Source of the DNA: Thermoleophilia bacterium
GTDB lineage: Bacteria > Actinomycetota > Thermoleophilia > Gaiellales > SKUG01
Assembly (NCBI GenBank): GCA_025964405.1
Contig: JAOPYW010000005.1
Coordinates: 1 to 35,722 of the forward strand
DNA length: 35,722 nucleotides
Direction: 5' to 3'
Positions 25,944 through 34,050 of this stretch are shown here, one piece after another. Position numbers and translations under genes: made by a program. Below the pieces are notes generated by a model that saw only the letters and a list, made by a program, of their open reading frames with translations, made no database searches and had not been told where the DNA came from. Position 1 is the first letter of the stretch; each line of letters starts with the position of its first letter.

Positions 25944-25975
25944 GGGCCGCTCCGATACCGGAGCGGCCCTTTTTT
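25944..25975 (+). terminator. Intrinsic terminator/attenuator between pqqA and pqqB
   Basis: gggccgctccg-atac-cggagcggccc forms an 11-bp perfect GC-rich stem followed by TTTTTT (25970-25975). It starts 25 nt after the pqqA stop and ends just before pqqB. Confidence 0.7.
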
Positions 25976-25981
25976 CATGCC

Positions 25982-26911
25982 GTGTGCGAGATACTTCCGG
26001 TCGTGAGCTCGCTTCAGGTACGCATCCTTGGTTCGGCCGCTGGCGGTGGGTCGCCCCAGTGGAACTGCAACTGCACCGTCTGCACGGCCGTGCGGCGCGG
26101 CGACGCGGGCACCCGGCCGCGCATGCAGTCGTCGCTCGCGATCCGATCCGGCGACGGGCCATGGCTGCTGGTGAACGCCTCCCCCGACGTGCACCGCCAG
26201 GTCGAACTCATGCCTGCGGAGCACCGCGAGGCCGGCGGCCGCTCGACGCCGTTCGCCGGCGTGCTGCTCACCGACGCGGAGATCGACCACGCATCGGGCC
26301 TGTTGCTGCTCCGGGAATCCACCGAACCGCTCCAGCTGTTCGCGACCGCGCAGGCGCACGGCGCGCTCACCGACGAGTGGCCACTCGTGACGATGCTCTC
26401 CGACTGGTGCGGGGTCGACTGGCGCGAACTGCGAGCCGGGTCGTCGACGCGCCTCGACGGCTTCGGCCTCACCGCCGACTGCTTCACCACGGGGGAGGAC
26501 GCGCCGCGCTACCAGCGCTCGCCCGGCGGGCCCGGCACGTCGATCGGCATCACCTTCCGCAGCGCCGGTGGGCAGACCCTCACCTACTGCCCGACGATCG
26601 AGGCCTGGAGCGACGAGCTCCGCACGCGGCTCGCGGCGAGTGACCTCGTGCTCGTCGACGGCACCTTCTGGGGCGCCACCGAACTGGCCGACGAAGGGCT
26701 CGGCACCCGCTCGGCGCGCGACATGGGACACGTACCGCTCGGCGGCGACGACGGCACGGCTGCCGAACTCGCCCGCCTCGACACCCGCGCGGTGGTCGTG
26801 CACGTCAACAACACCAACCGCATCCTGCTCGAGGGGTCGGCCGAGCGCGCCGCACTCGAGGCGCTCGACATCACCGTCGCCCACGACGGCCTGCTGCTGG
26901 AGATCACATGA
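25982..26911 (+). CDS. pqqB: PqqB, PQQ biosynthesis protein B (metallo-beta-lactamase fold)
   Basis: [30 protein letters not shown] and [13 protein letters not shown] match PqqB hallmark motifs. The start is uncertain (GTG 25982 or GTG 26003, neither with a strong RBS). Confidence 0.9.
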   Translation: MCEILPVVSSLQVRILGSAAGGGSPQWNCNCTVCTAVRRGDAGTRPRMQSSLAIRSGDGPWLLVNASPDVHRQVELMPAEHREAGGRSTPFAGVLLTDAEIDHASGLLLLRESTEPLQLFATAQAHGALTDEWPLVTMLSDWCGVDWRELRAGSSTRLDGFGLTADCFTTGEDAPRYQRSPGGPGTSIGITFRSAGGQTLTYCPTIEAWSDELRTRLAASDLVLVDGTFWGATELADEGLGTRSARDMGHVPLGGDDGTAAELARLDTRAVVVHVNNTNRILLEGSAERAALEALDITVAHDGLLLEIT

Positions 26912-27657
26912 CGGTGCAGACCACCGCTCCCCTGACCTACTTCGACCTCGCCGGCGTCGATCCGTGGTCGCGCGAGGAGTTCACCGCGCAGCTGCGCGCC
27001 AACGGCCGGTCGTACCACGATCGCCACCCGTTCCACGTGCGGATGAACGCCGGGGAGCTGACGCGCGAGGAGCTCGCGCGGTGGGTCGCCAACCGCTTCG
27101 CGTACCAGCAGGTGATTCCGCGCAAGGACGCCGCGATCCTCGCGAACTGCGACGAACGACAGGTGCGGCGCGACTGGATCAGTCGCATCCTCGACCACGA
27201 CGGCGACGCCGAACGCGAGGGGGGCATGCGCTCCTGGGTGCAGCTCGGCGAGGCGATCGGGGTGACGGGCGATGAGCTGTGGAGCGGCGTGCACGTGCTG
27301 CCGGCCGTGCAGTTCGCATGCGACGCCTACCTCAATTTCTGCAGGACGCAGCCGTGGATCATCGGGGTCGCGTCGTCGCTCACCGAGCTCTTCGGACCGG
27401 ACGCCATCCGGGTGCGCATCGCCGCGATGGAAGCCAGCTACCCGTGGATCGACCCCGCCGGGTTCGACTACTTCCGCGAGCGACTGACGCTCGCGCCGCG
27501 CGACGCCGACTACGCCCTCGAGCTCGTGCTCGAGCGCTGCACGACGCGCGCGCTGCAACAGGCGGCCGTCGATGCGCTCGCGTTCAAGATCGACATGTTG
27601 TGGGCCCAGCTCGACGCGATCGCCCTGGGTGACACCCGACCGAAGGAAGCACGATGA
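26908..27657 (+). CDS. pqqC: PqqC, pyrroloquinoline-quinone synthase
   Basis: ATGA overlap with pqq[48 protein letters not shown] is typical of PqqC. 249 aa. Confidence 0.9.
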   Translation: MTVQTTAPLTYFDLAGVDPWSREEFTAQLRANGRSYHDRHPFHVRMNAGELTREELARWVANRFAYQQVIPRKDAAILANCDERQVRRDWISRILDHDGDAEREGGMRSWVQLGEAIGVTGDELWSGVHVLPAVQFACDAYLNFCRTQPWIIGVASSLTELFGPDAIRVRIAAMEASYPWIDPAGFDYFRERLTLAPRDADYALELVLERCTTRALQQAAVDALAFKIDMLWAQLDAIALGDTRPKEAR

Positions 27658-27926
27658 GTGACGTCCACGTTCCCCGACTGGCCTCCGGCGTGCGGCTGCA
27701 CCGCGACGAGGTGCGGGCCCGCGACGTGCTGCTGTTCCCCGAGGGGGCGCTCGTGCTCAACGATACGGCGACCCAGGTGCTCGCGTTCTGCGACGGTGTG
27801 CGAACCTTTGACGAGGTGGTCGCGGCGGTGTCGGAGCTCTACGGCGGAGCCGACGTGCGCGACGACGTGGCGGAGCTCCTCGCCGGTATTCGCGACCAGG
27901 GATTGATGGACCGAGATGACGAGTAA
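27654..27926 (+). CDS. pqqD: PqqD, peptide chaperone (RRE domain)
   Basis: ATGA overlap with pqqC. 90 aa. Pattern [41 protein letters not shown]. Confidence 0.85.
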   Translation: MSDVHVPRLASGVRLHRDEVRARDVLLFPEGALVLNDTATQVLAFCDGVRTFDEVVAAVSELYGGADVRDDVAELLAGIRDQGLMDRDDE

Positions 27927-29064
27927 TGCACCGCAGGTCGCAGGCCAGGGGGTCGGTATCCCGTACCCCCTCCTGCTGGTCGCCGAGCTCTCCTACGTGT
28001 GCCCGCTCCACTGCCCGTACTGCTCCAACCCGACGGGCATCCTCGGCACGAAGCGCTCCACCGAACTCAAGACCGACGACTGGACCCGCGTGTTCGGCGA
28101 GGCGGGCAAGCTCGGCGTGCTGCAGCTCGCGCTGACCGGCGGCGAACCGCTCCTGCGCAAGGACCTCGAGGAGCTCTGCACCGCCGGGCGCGACGCGGGC
28201 ATGTACTCCACACTCGTGACGAGCGCGCTGCCGAACCTCACCGAGCGCCTTCCCGGGCTGCAGGCGGCGGGCCTCGACCACGTGCAGATCTCGATCCAGC
28301 ACTCCAACCGTGAGGAGTCGGACCGCATCGGAGGCGCCGTCTCCTACGACAAGAAGCTGGAAGCGGCGCGACGGGTCGTCGAACTCGGCATGCCGCTGAC
28401 GATCAACGTCGTGCTGCACCGCGACAACCTCGACGACGTCGGTGAGCTGATCGACCTAGCGGCCAGTCTCGGCGCGCGCCGCCTGGAGCTCGCGAACACG
28501 CAGTACCACGGCTGGGCGACGGTCAACCGCGCAGCGCTCCTGCCCACGCTCGAGCAGGTCACGCGGGGCGAGCAGGTCGTCAACGAGAAGCGCGCCCAGT
28601 ATGGCTCGAGCCTGGACATCCTCTGGGTGCTGCCCGACATCTTCGAGGACCTGCCCAAGCCCTGCATGGGTGGCTGGGCGAGTGACGCGATCATCCTCGA
28701 TCCGACCGGCCGCGCGCTCCCGTGTCAGTCGGCGGCGACGATTCCGGACCTCGAGCACCTCTCGGTGACCGAACACTCGCTGTTCGACATCTGGTTCGAC
28801 TCGGAGACGTTCAACCGGTTCCGCGGCACCGACTGGATGCAGGACCCCTGCCAGACGTGTCCGCTCCAGCGCCAGCACATCGACTTCGGTGGTTGTCGGT
28901 GTCAGGCCCTGGCACTCACGGGTGACATCACGGCCACCGATCCGGTGTGTCACCTCTCGCCCCATCACGGCGCGCTCGTCGCGAAGCGTGAGGAGCTGCT
29001 CGCCGTGCGCGACGAGGACCGCCCGGCCTACGTCTACCGCACCACGAGCCCCGCGCGCGGCTAG
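27916..29064 (+). CDS. pqqE: PqqE, radical SAM/SPASM enzyme forming the Glu-Tyr crosslink in PqqA
   Basis: 11-nt overlap with pqqD. LLLVAELSYVCPLHCPYCSNP (CxxxCxxC). C-terminal SPASM cysteines (PCMGGW, LPCQSA, CQTCP, GGCRCQA). Confidence 0.9.
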   Translation: MTSNAPQVAGQGVGIPYPLLLVAELSYVCPLHCPYCSNPTGILGTKRSTELKTDDWTRVFGEAGKLGVLQLALTGGEPLLRKDLEELCTAGRDAGMYSTLVTSALPNLTERLPGLQAAGLDHVQISIQHSNREESDRIGGAVSYDKKLEAARRVVELGMPLTINVVLHRDNLDDVGELIDLAASLGARRLELANTQYHGWATVNRAALLPTLEQVTRGEQVVNEKRAQYGSSLDILWVLPDIFEDLPKPCMGGWASDAIILDPTGRALPCQSAATIPDLEHLSVTEHSLFDIWFDSETFNRFRGTDWMQDPCQTCPLQRQHIDFGGCRCQALALTGDITATDPVCHLSPHHGALVAKREELLAVRDEDRPAYVYRTTSPARG

Positions 29065-29092
29065 CGACCGCTGAGCGGCGCCTGCGGCTGGT

Positions 29093-29587
29093 TCAACTAG
29101 CGTGCTCGGCGATGAGGTCCGTGATGCGCTCGTCGGCGTCCAGCACTTCGCGCTCGATGGTCCGCCGCGCCTTCTCGTCGCCCTGGGCGGCGCTCGTCGG
29201 GGTGATGCTGTGCGCTACCGTCGCGGCACGCCTGAGGCTCGCCTTGAGCTGCGCGTGGTCGCCGGCGACGTCCGCGGGTGGCGTGATGGCTCCCACCTGC
29301 GCGATGGCGACATCGAGCTGCCGGGCAGCGGCGGCCGACGCCGCCGGGGTAGTGGCGGCCGCGAGGGCGGCCGCGGCACCGTCGAGCGCTGAGTCGGCGT
29401 CCGTGAGCGCCGTCGCGTAAGCCCGCTCCTCCTTGCTCGGGGCACCCGCGGCCGGGTTCGACGTGGAGGTCGCTATGGCCCCTGCGGACTTCTCGCGTTC
29501 GGCCTCCCCACAGCCGCCCATGGCCAGTGCAGCCACGGCGAGCAGGCTGGGGAGGGCGAGGTGTCGAAGACGCACGGTGAGAGACAT
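29093..29587 (-). CDS. Hypothetical Ala-rich lipoprotein, last gene of the cytochrome c / PQQ-dehydrogenase transcription unit
   Basis: Signal peptide plus lipobox LLAVAALAMGGC. 164 aa, predicted helical, no family recognised. Same strand as the dehydrogenase and 135 nt downstream of it. Confidence 0.5.
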   Translation of the reverse strand: MSLTVRLRHLALPSLLAVAALAMGGCGEAEREKSAGAIATSTSNPAAGAPSKEERAYATALTDADSALDGAAAALAAATTPAASAAAARQLDVAIAQVGAITPPADVAGDHAQLKASLRRAATVAHSITPTSAAQGDEKARRTIEREVLDADERITDLIAEHAS

Positions 29588-29721
29588 GTCCCGATCATAC
29601 GCCCGCTACCGACCACAGCGTCAGGCGGCCCAGAGACCCGCTCCCCCACGCAGAACGGGGCCCGGCTGCTGCCGGACCCCGTCCCGTACTCCGTCCCGTG
29701 CGTCGTCTCCGACGCAGGGGA

Positions 29722-31761
29722 TCAACCCTGGTTGGCGTCACTGTTCGCCGCATCGCCCGTCTCGGAGGAGGTGGCAGCGTCGTCCTGCCCTTCCTTGCCG
29801 GTCTGGTCAGCGTTGGCGTCAGCGGTCACTTCACCGGCGTGTGCGCCAGCTTCGTCGGTACCGTCGGTACCGGAGAGCTGGTCGAGCTTACCGTCGAGCG
29901 AGAGCACCCACAGGTTGTCGCCGTGCGGCGACGCTGCGAGTGAGTTACCACCGGCCACGATGGCGAGCTTCTGCTTGCCAGCGTCCTCGAACACCGTGAC
30001 GGTGCTGTTGGCACCGGCGCCGAGCTGGAAGCTCCAGAGCTTCTTGCCGGCGTCGGCGGAGTAGGCCTCGAGGTGACCGTCGCTGTTACCGACGAACACC
30101 AGGTTGCCTGCAGTGGTGACCGAACCCGAGTAGCAGCTCGTCGGGAAGTCGACGGCCCACTCGATCTCACCCGTGTCAGCGTTGATGGCCGTGAGGCTAC
30201 CCGGTGAGCTGAACGGCAGTGCGGCGAGGATGGAGCCGATGCGAACATCGCCCTCGACGCGCTCGGCGACACCTGACGGGTACACGCCCTCGACGCCATC
30301 GGTCGAGCAGACGTAGATCAGGTGCGTCTTGTGGTTGTACGACGACGGCTGCCAGTTCGTACCACCCGTTGCGCCGTTGGCGATGACCGCCACGGTGCCC
30401 GGGCCGGACGGCTGCCAGACGGAGTTCGCGTCACCGGTGCCACGGACAGCCTTGAGGTTCTTGCCCTCAGGCGTGCCCTGCACGAGCTTCACGACCGAGT
30501 TGAACTCGGCGTCGCTGATGTCGTGGTCCGAGAACGGCGCGTACTGCGGTACGGGCTGCGTCGGCGACGTCTTCTGCTGTGCGTTCTGTGCGACCGGCGT
30601 CTCCTCAATGGGCCACACGGGCTCACCGGTTCGACGATCGAGTGCGTAGAGCCAACCGGTCTTCGCGGCCTCGGCTACGACCGGAACGGTCTTACCGTCG
30701 ATCTTCGCGTCGTACAGGAAGGTCGGGCTCGGCTGGTCGTAGTCCCAGATGTCGTGGTGCGTCGTCTGGTAGTGCCACTTGTACTCACCGGTCTTGGCGT
30801 CGAGTGCCACGAACGAGGCGGCGAACAGGTTGTCGCCCTCGCGAGCGGAACCGTCGACGTCGGGGTTCGCGTTACCCGTGGTGAAGTACAGCATGCCCAG
30901 CTTCGGATCAACCGACGGGGTCTGCCAGATCGGAGCGCCACCCGTGAGGGCACTGTCGCCCGCCCAGGTCTTGGCGAACTCGGGATCACCCTCGGGACCG
31001 GCGGTCGTGAAGAACTTCCAGTCCTCCTTGCCCGTCTTCGCGTCGAGTGCGACCAGCTTGCCACGCACGCCGTACTCGCCACCGGTGATGCCGGTGTAGA
31101 TGCGGCCGTCGTAGTAGAGGGGAGCTGCGGTGATGCCGCCGTTCTCCTTCTTCCAGTTCACCACTTCGGTGTCCCAGACCTGCTTGCCGGTGTCCTGGTC
31201 GAGCGCGACCATGTGACCGTCGAGCTTGCCGATGTAGACGTTGCCATCACCGATGGCGACGCCACGGCTCAGCCAACCGCAGCAGACGGTGGAGATGTTC
31301 TCGTCGAGGTTGCCCTCGTACTTCCACTTCTGCTTGCCGGTCTTCACGTCGAAGGCGAAGACGTCGTCCTCACCCGTCGGTACGTAGAGCACGCCGTTGT
31401 AGACGAGCGGCTGCTCCTCGTGCGAGTACTTGGCCTCGGTGCCCGACTGGAGGTCGGCCATCCAGTCGCCCTTGACGTCGGCGACGTTGGTGTCGTTGAT
31501 CTGGGTCAGCGGGGAGTAGCGATCATTCCTGAGCGTACCGCCGTTGGTGATCCAATTTTCCTTGGGCAGCGTGTTGAGCTGCTTGGAGGTGAAGGCCGGG
31601 AAGGTCGCCGGCGTACCGCCGTCGCTACCCGAGTTGTCGCTGCTGTCGCTACCGCACGCGGCCACGCCGAGTGCGCTCACGACGACGAGCGCAACCGCGG
31701 TGGCGCCACGCCACCAGCGGGTCCGCGGACTGGCCGCGGCGTTTCGCTTGAAGATCTGCAT
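29722..31761 (-). CDS. Type I PQQ-dependent alcohol/methanol-family dehydrogenase (quinoprotein, 8-bladed propeller), lipobox-anchored, with Ln-type D-Y-D motif
   Basis: Vicinal CC (TVCCGW, 31279-31284). GGEYGVRG. Repeated xALDAKTGKxxW blade motifs. TTGNANPD. THHDIWDYDQ with D343/D345 (30736-30744). Lipobox ALGVAACGS. Preferred start is ATG 31761; the track uses GTG 31770. Confidence 0.9.
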   Translation of the reverse strand: MQIFKRNAAASPRTRWWRGATAVALVVVSALGVAACGSDSSDNSGSDGGTPATFPAFTSKQLNTLPKENWITNGGTLRNDRYSPLTQINDTNVADVKGDWMADLQSGTEAKYSHEEQPLVYNGVLYVPTGEDDVFAFDVKTGKQKWKYEGNLDENISTVCCGWLSRGVAIGDGNVYIGKLDGHMVALDQDTGKQVWDTEVVNWKKENGGITAAPLYYDGRIYTGITGGEYGVRGKLVALDAKTGKEDWKFFTTAGPEGDPEFAKTWAGDSALTGGAPIWQTPSVDPKLGMLYFTTGNANPDVDGSAREGDNLFAASFVALDAKTGEYKWHYQTTHHDIWDYDQPSPTFLYDAKIDGKTVPVVAEAAKTGWLYALDRRTGEPVWPIEETPVAQNAQQKTSPTQPVPQYAPFSDHDISDAEFNSVVKLVQGTPEGKNLKAVRGTGDANSVWQPSGPGTVAVIANGATGGTNWQPSSYNHKTHLIYVCSTDGVEGVYPSGVAERVEGDVRIGSILAALPFSSPGSLTAINADTGEIEWAVDFPTSCYSGSVTTAGNLVFVGNSDGHLEAYSADAGKKLWSFQLGAGANSTVTVFEDAGKQKLAIVAGGNSLAASPHGDNLWVLSLDGKLDQLSGTDGTDEAGAHAGEVTADANADQTGKEGQDDAATSSETGDAANSDANQG

Positions 31762-31912
31762 TTTAAGCACTGCCCCTTGTTGACATGCCAGTCGCAGACG
31801 CGACCAGCCCCATAGACGCCGGCGAGACTACCATCCCGCCGCCTTGTATCCACCCTGCGGATTTCGGACGCTCGACGGTCGAACCGTCGCGCCTCCGCCG
31901 ACCACGCGGTTC

Positions 31913-32317
31913 CTAGCTCTTCAGGCCGCCGGCGACGAAGTCGGCGACCGCCTTGATCTCCTCATCGCTCAGCTGGCCCTTGAATGCCGGCATGCCGCCG
32001 CCACCGTTGGACACCTGCTCGATGTTGTGTGCCGCATCGCTCTGCGACGAGATGTCGGGACCGCCGTTGCCGCCGGTGCCCTTCTGGCCGTGACAGATGG
32101 TGCAGTTGTTGAGGAAGACCGACTTGCCGCTCACGGCTTCGGTGTTCGTCGCGGCCGTCTCCGTGTTCGTGGAGGTGCTGGCCGTCGGCGCCGTGCCGGT
32201 CTTGCCCGAATCGCCATCCTTGCTGTCGCCGCCACAGGCGGAGACGAGGAGTGCGACGGCCAGGACGAGCAGGAGCGCTGCTCCGCGGCGGTAGCGATCT
32301 GTCGTGCGTGCGTACAT
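31913..32317 (-). CDS. Class I c-type cytochrome, lipobox-anchored (candidate electron acceptor of the PQQ dehydrogenase)
   Basis: Single CxxCH (NNCTICHG) with distal Met in GGGGMPAF. Signal peptide plus lipobox LLVSACGG and a Thr/Ser-rich linker. It lies 142 nt upstream of the dehydrogenase on the same strand. Confidence 0.8.
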   Translation of the reverse strand: MYARTTDRYRRGAALLLVLAVALLVSACGGDSKDGDSGKTGTAPTASTSTNTETAATNTEAVSGKSVFLNNCTICHGQKGTGGNGGPDISSQSDAAHNIEQVSNGGGGMPAFKGQLSDEEIKAVADFVAGGLKS

Positions 32318-32658
32318 CTGTCATGCCCCTTGTGGAAGACGCCTCGCGGGCAACCAGTCCGCGACGCGCTGATCGACGCGCGCCGAGGCTCGAGCCGATC
32401 CGATCGTTGGATAACCGGGTTCACTCTACCTGCAATTCAGGACTGCAAACCACGGTGACCCAAATAAGGCATCGGCGAAGCGGCGGCTGGTGTTCCACTT
32501 CCTACAGCCGTTTCCGAAAGGTGTGAAACGCGTAGGTCGCGCAGGTAACCTGCGGATCCGCCCTGTGCAGGGAATTCGGGTCTGGGACGCGCGTGTTGCA
32601 GCGCTGTGCGGCCGACATCTGGCCGGTCGACGACGAGCTCCGCGCCCGCCCCACGGTG

Positions 32659-33282
32659 CTACATGCCGAACGCCTGGTCGAGCGGCACGTACGGATTCAC
32701 GTGGGTCATGAAAGGCTTGCCGACGTCGTGCGCGTGCCAGATGCCGCCCCACGCGGGCGGCGTGCCCGAACCGGCGCCACGCTCGGTGATCTGCGCGGCC
32801 TTCACGTTGCCGGCGTTGTCGATCACCAGCCACTCGAACTTGGAACCGGAGTCCTGCAGGCTCTTCACGAACGCGGCCTCGCTCGCCGGAAGCGCGATGT
32901 GGTCCCCGCCCTTGGGGTCGGCCTTGACGTCGGCCCCGGCTGCGCGCAGCGCCGCCGCGTTGGGGTACTTCGCGACGATCGCGCGCACCTTCTCGTAGAC
33001 GTCGCTCGACTTGGCGCGATCGGCCACCTGGCCGTTCACGCTGCGATCGACCATCTGCTTGTCGTGGCCCGTGGCCATGTCGTGCGAGTGGGTCACGGTC
33101 GTGCCGAGGGCGCCTGCGCCTGCCACGGCCTGGGCAGCGCTCGTCGTCTGCGCCTGCTGCCGCGCCGCAGCTGCGCTGGCCACGGCCGCCGCGTCATCGC
33201 TGCCGCCGACCGCGCCTGCGGTGGATGCCACGTAATTCCTGATCGGAAGGGCGCTCGAAGCGCCGCCACATGCCGTACACAT
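32659..33282 (-). CDS. Hypothetical protein with His-rich motifs, upstream of the cytochrome c gene
   Basis: Coding-like GC3. Preferred start is ATG 33282 (MCTACGG...). Motifs THSHDMATGHDK and WHAHDVGKPFMTH. No family and no clear signal peptide recognised. Confidence 0.5.
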   Translation of the reverse strand: MCTACGGASSALPIRNYVASTAGAVGGSDDAAAVASAAAARQQAQTTSAAQAVAGAGALGTTVTHSHDMATGHDKQMVDRSVNGQVADRAKSSDVYEKVRAIVAKYPNAAALRAAGADVKADPKGGDHIALPASEAAFVKSLQDSGSKFEWLVIDNAGNVKAAQITERGAGSGTPPAWGGIWHAHDVGKPFMTHVNPYVPLDQAFGM

Positions 33283-33408
33283 GATGCGTCCCTGCAGTTT
33301 CGTCCGAGGTGCCCGTCGTCCTGACGCGCACCAGCCCCTCCAGTGGACCACCACATCACTCGTTTGGCAACCGGCCTAGTTCGCGGGGCACCCGGGCATC
33401 GACCGACC

Positions 33409-34017
33409 ATGTCGCACGCGAACGATGCCTTCCAGCACCCGCCCACGCTCACGGGCGCGCGGGTGCTACTCGAGCCCCTCACCGCAGCGCACCTGCCGGC
33501 CCTGGCCGAGGCCATCAGGTCGGGGGAGCTGTGGATGCATCCGCTCACGCCGGTCCCGCACCCGGACGAGCTCGCCGCGTGGTGTGACGACCTCCTCGCC
33601 GAACGCGCCGCCGAGCGAGCGCTGCCGTTCGTCGTCGTCGACACGACATCGGGGCGCGTCGCCGGCGCCACCAGCTACCTCGCGATGGCACTCGAACACG
33701 GCCGCGTCGAGATCGGCGGAACCTTCCTGGCGCCGGAGTTCCAGCGCACGCACGTGAACTCCGAGGCGAAGCTGCTCCTGCTCGACCACGCCTTCGACGT
33801 GCTCGGCTGCAACCGCGTCGAGTTCAAGACCGACGCACGCAACGCGGCGTCGCGGGCGGCGATCGCCCGCCTCGGGGCGCAGGAGGAGGGAACGCTCCGC
33901 GCGCACATGGTCATGCGTGACGGGCGACTGCGCGACAGCGTCTACTCCAGCATCCTCGCGACCGAGTGGCCTCGACTGCGCATGGAGCTTCGCGCACGCA
34001 TCGCCGCACACGACTGA
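33409..34017 (+). CDS. GNAT-family N-acetyltransferase (RimJ/RimL-like)
   Basis: LTGARVLLEPLTAAHLPAL N-terminal pattern. Acetyl-CoA site-like NRVEFKTDARNAASRAAIARLGAQEEG. I moved the start to ATG 33409. Confidence 0.75.
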   Translation: MSHANDAFQHPPTLTGARVLLEPLTAAHLPALAEAIRSGELWMHPLTPVPHPDELAAWCDDLLAERAAERALPFVVVDTTSGRVAGATSYLAMALEHGRVEIGGTFLAPEFQRTHVNSEAKLLLLDHAFDVLGCNRVEFKTDARNAASRAAIARLGAQEEGTLRAHMVMRDGRLRDSVYSSILATEWPRLRMELRARIAAHD

Positions 34018-34050
34018 CGCCGCCCCGTCACCTTCGTTACGATTACGTGC

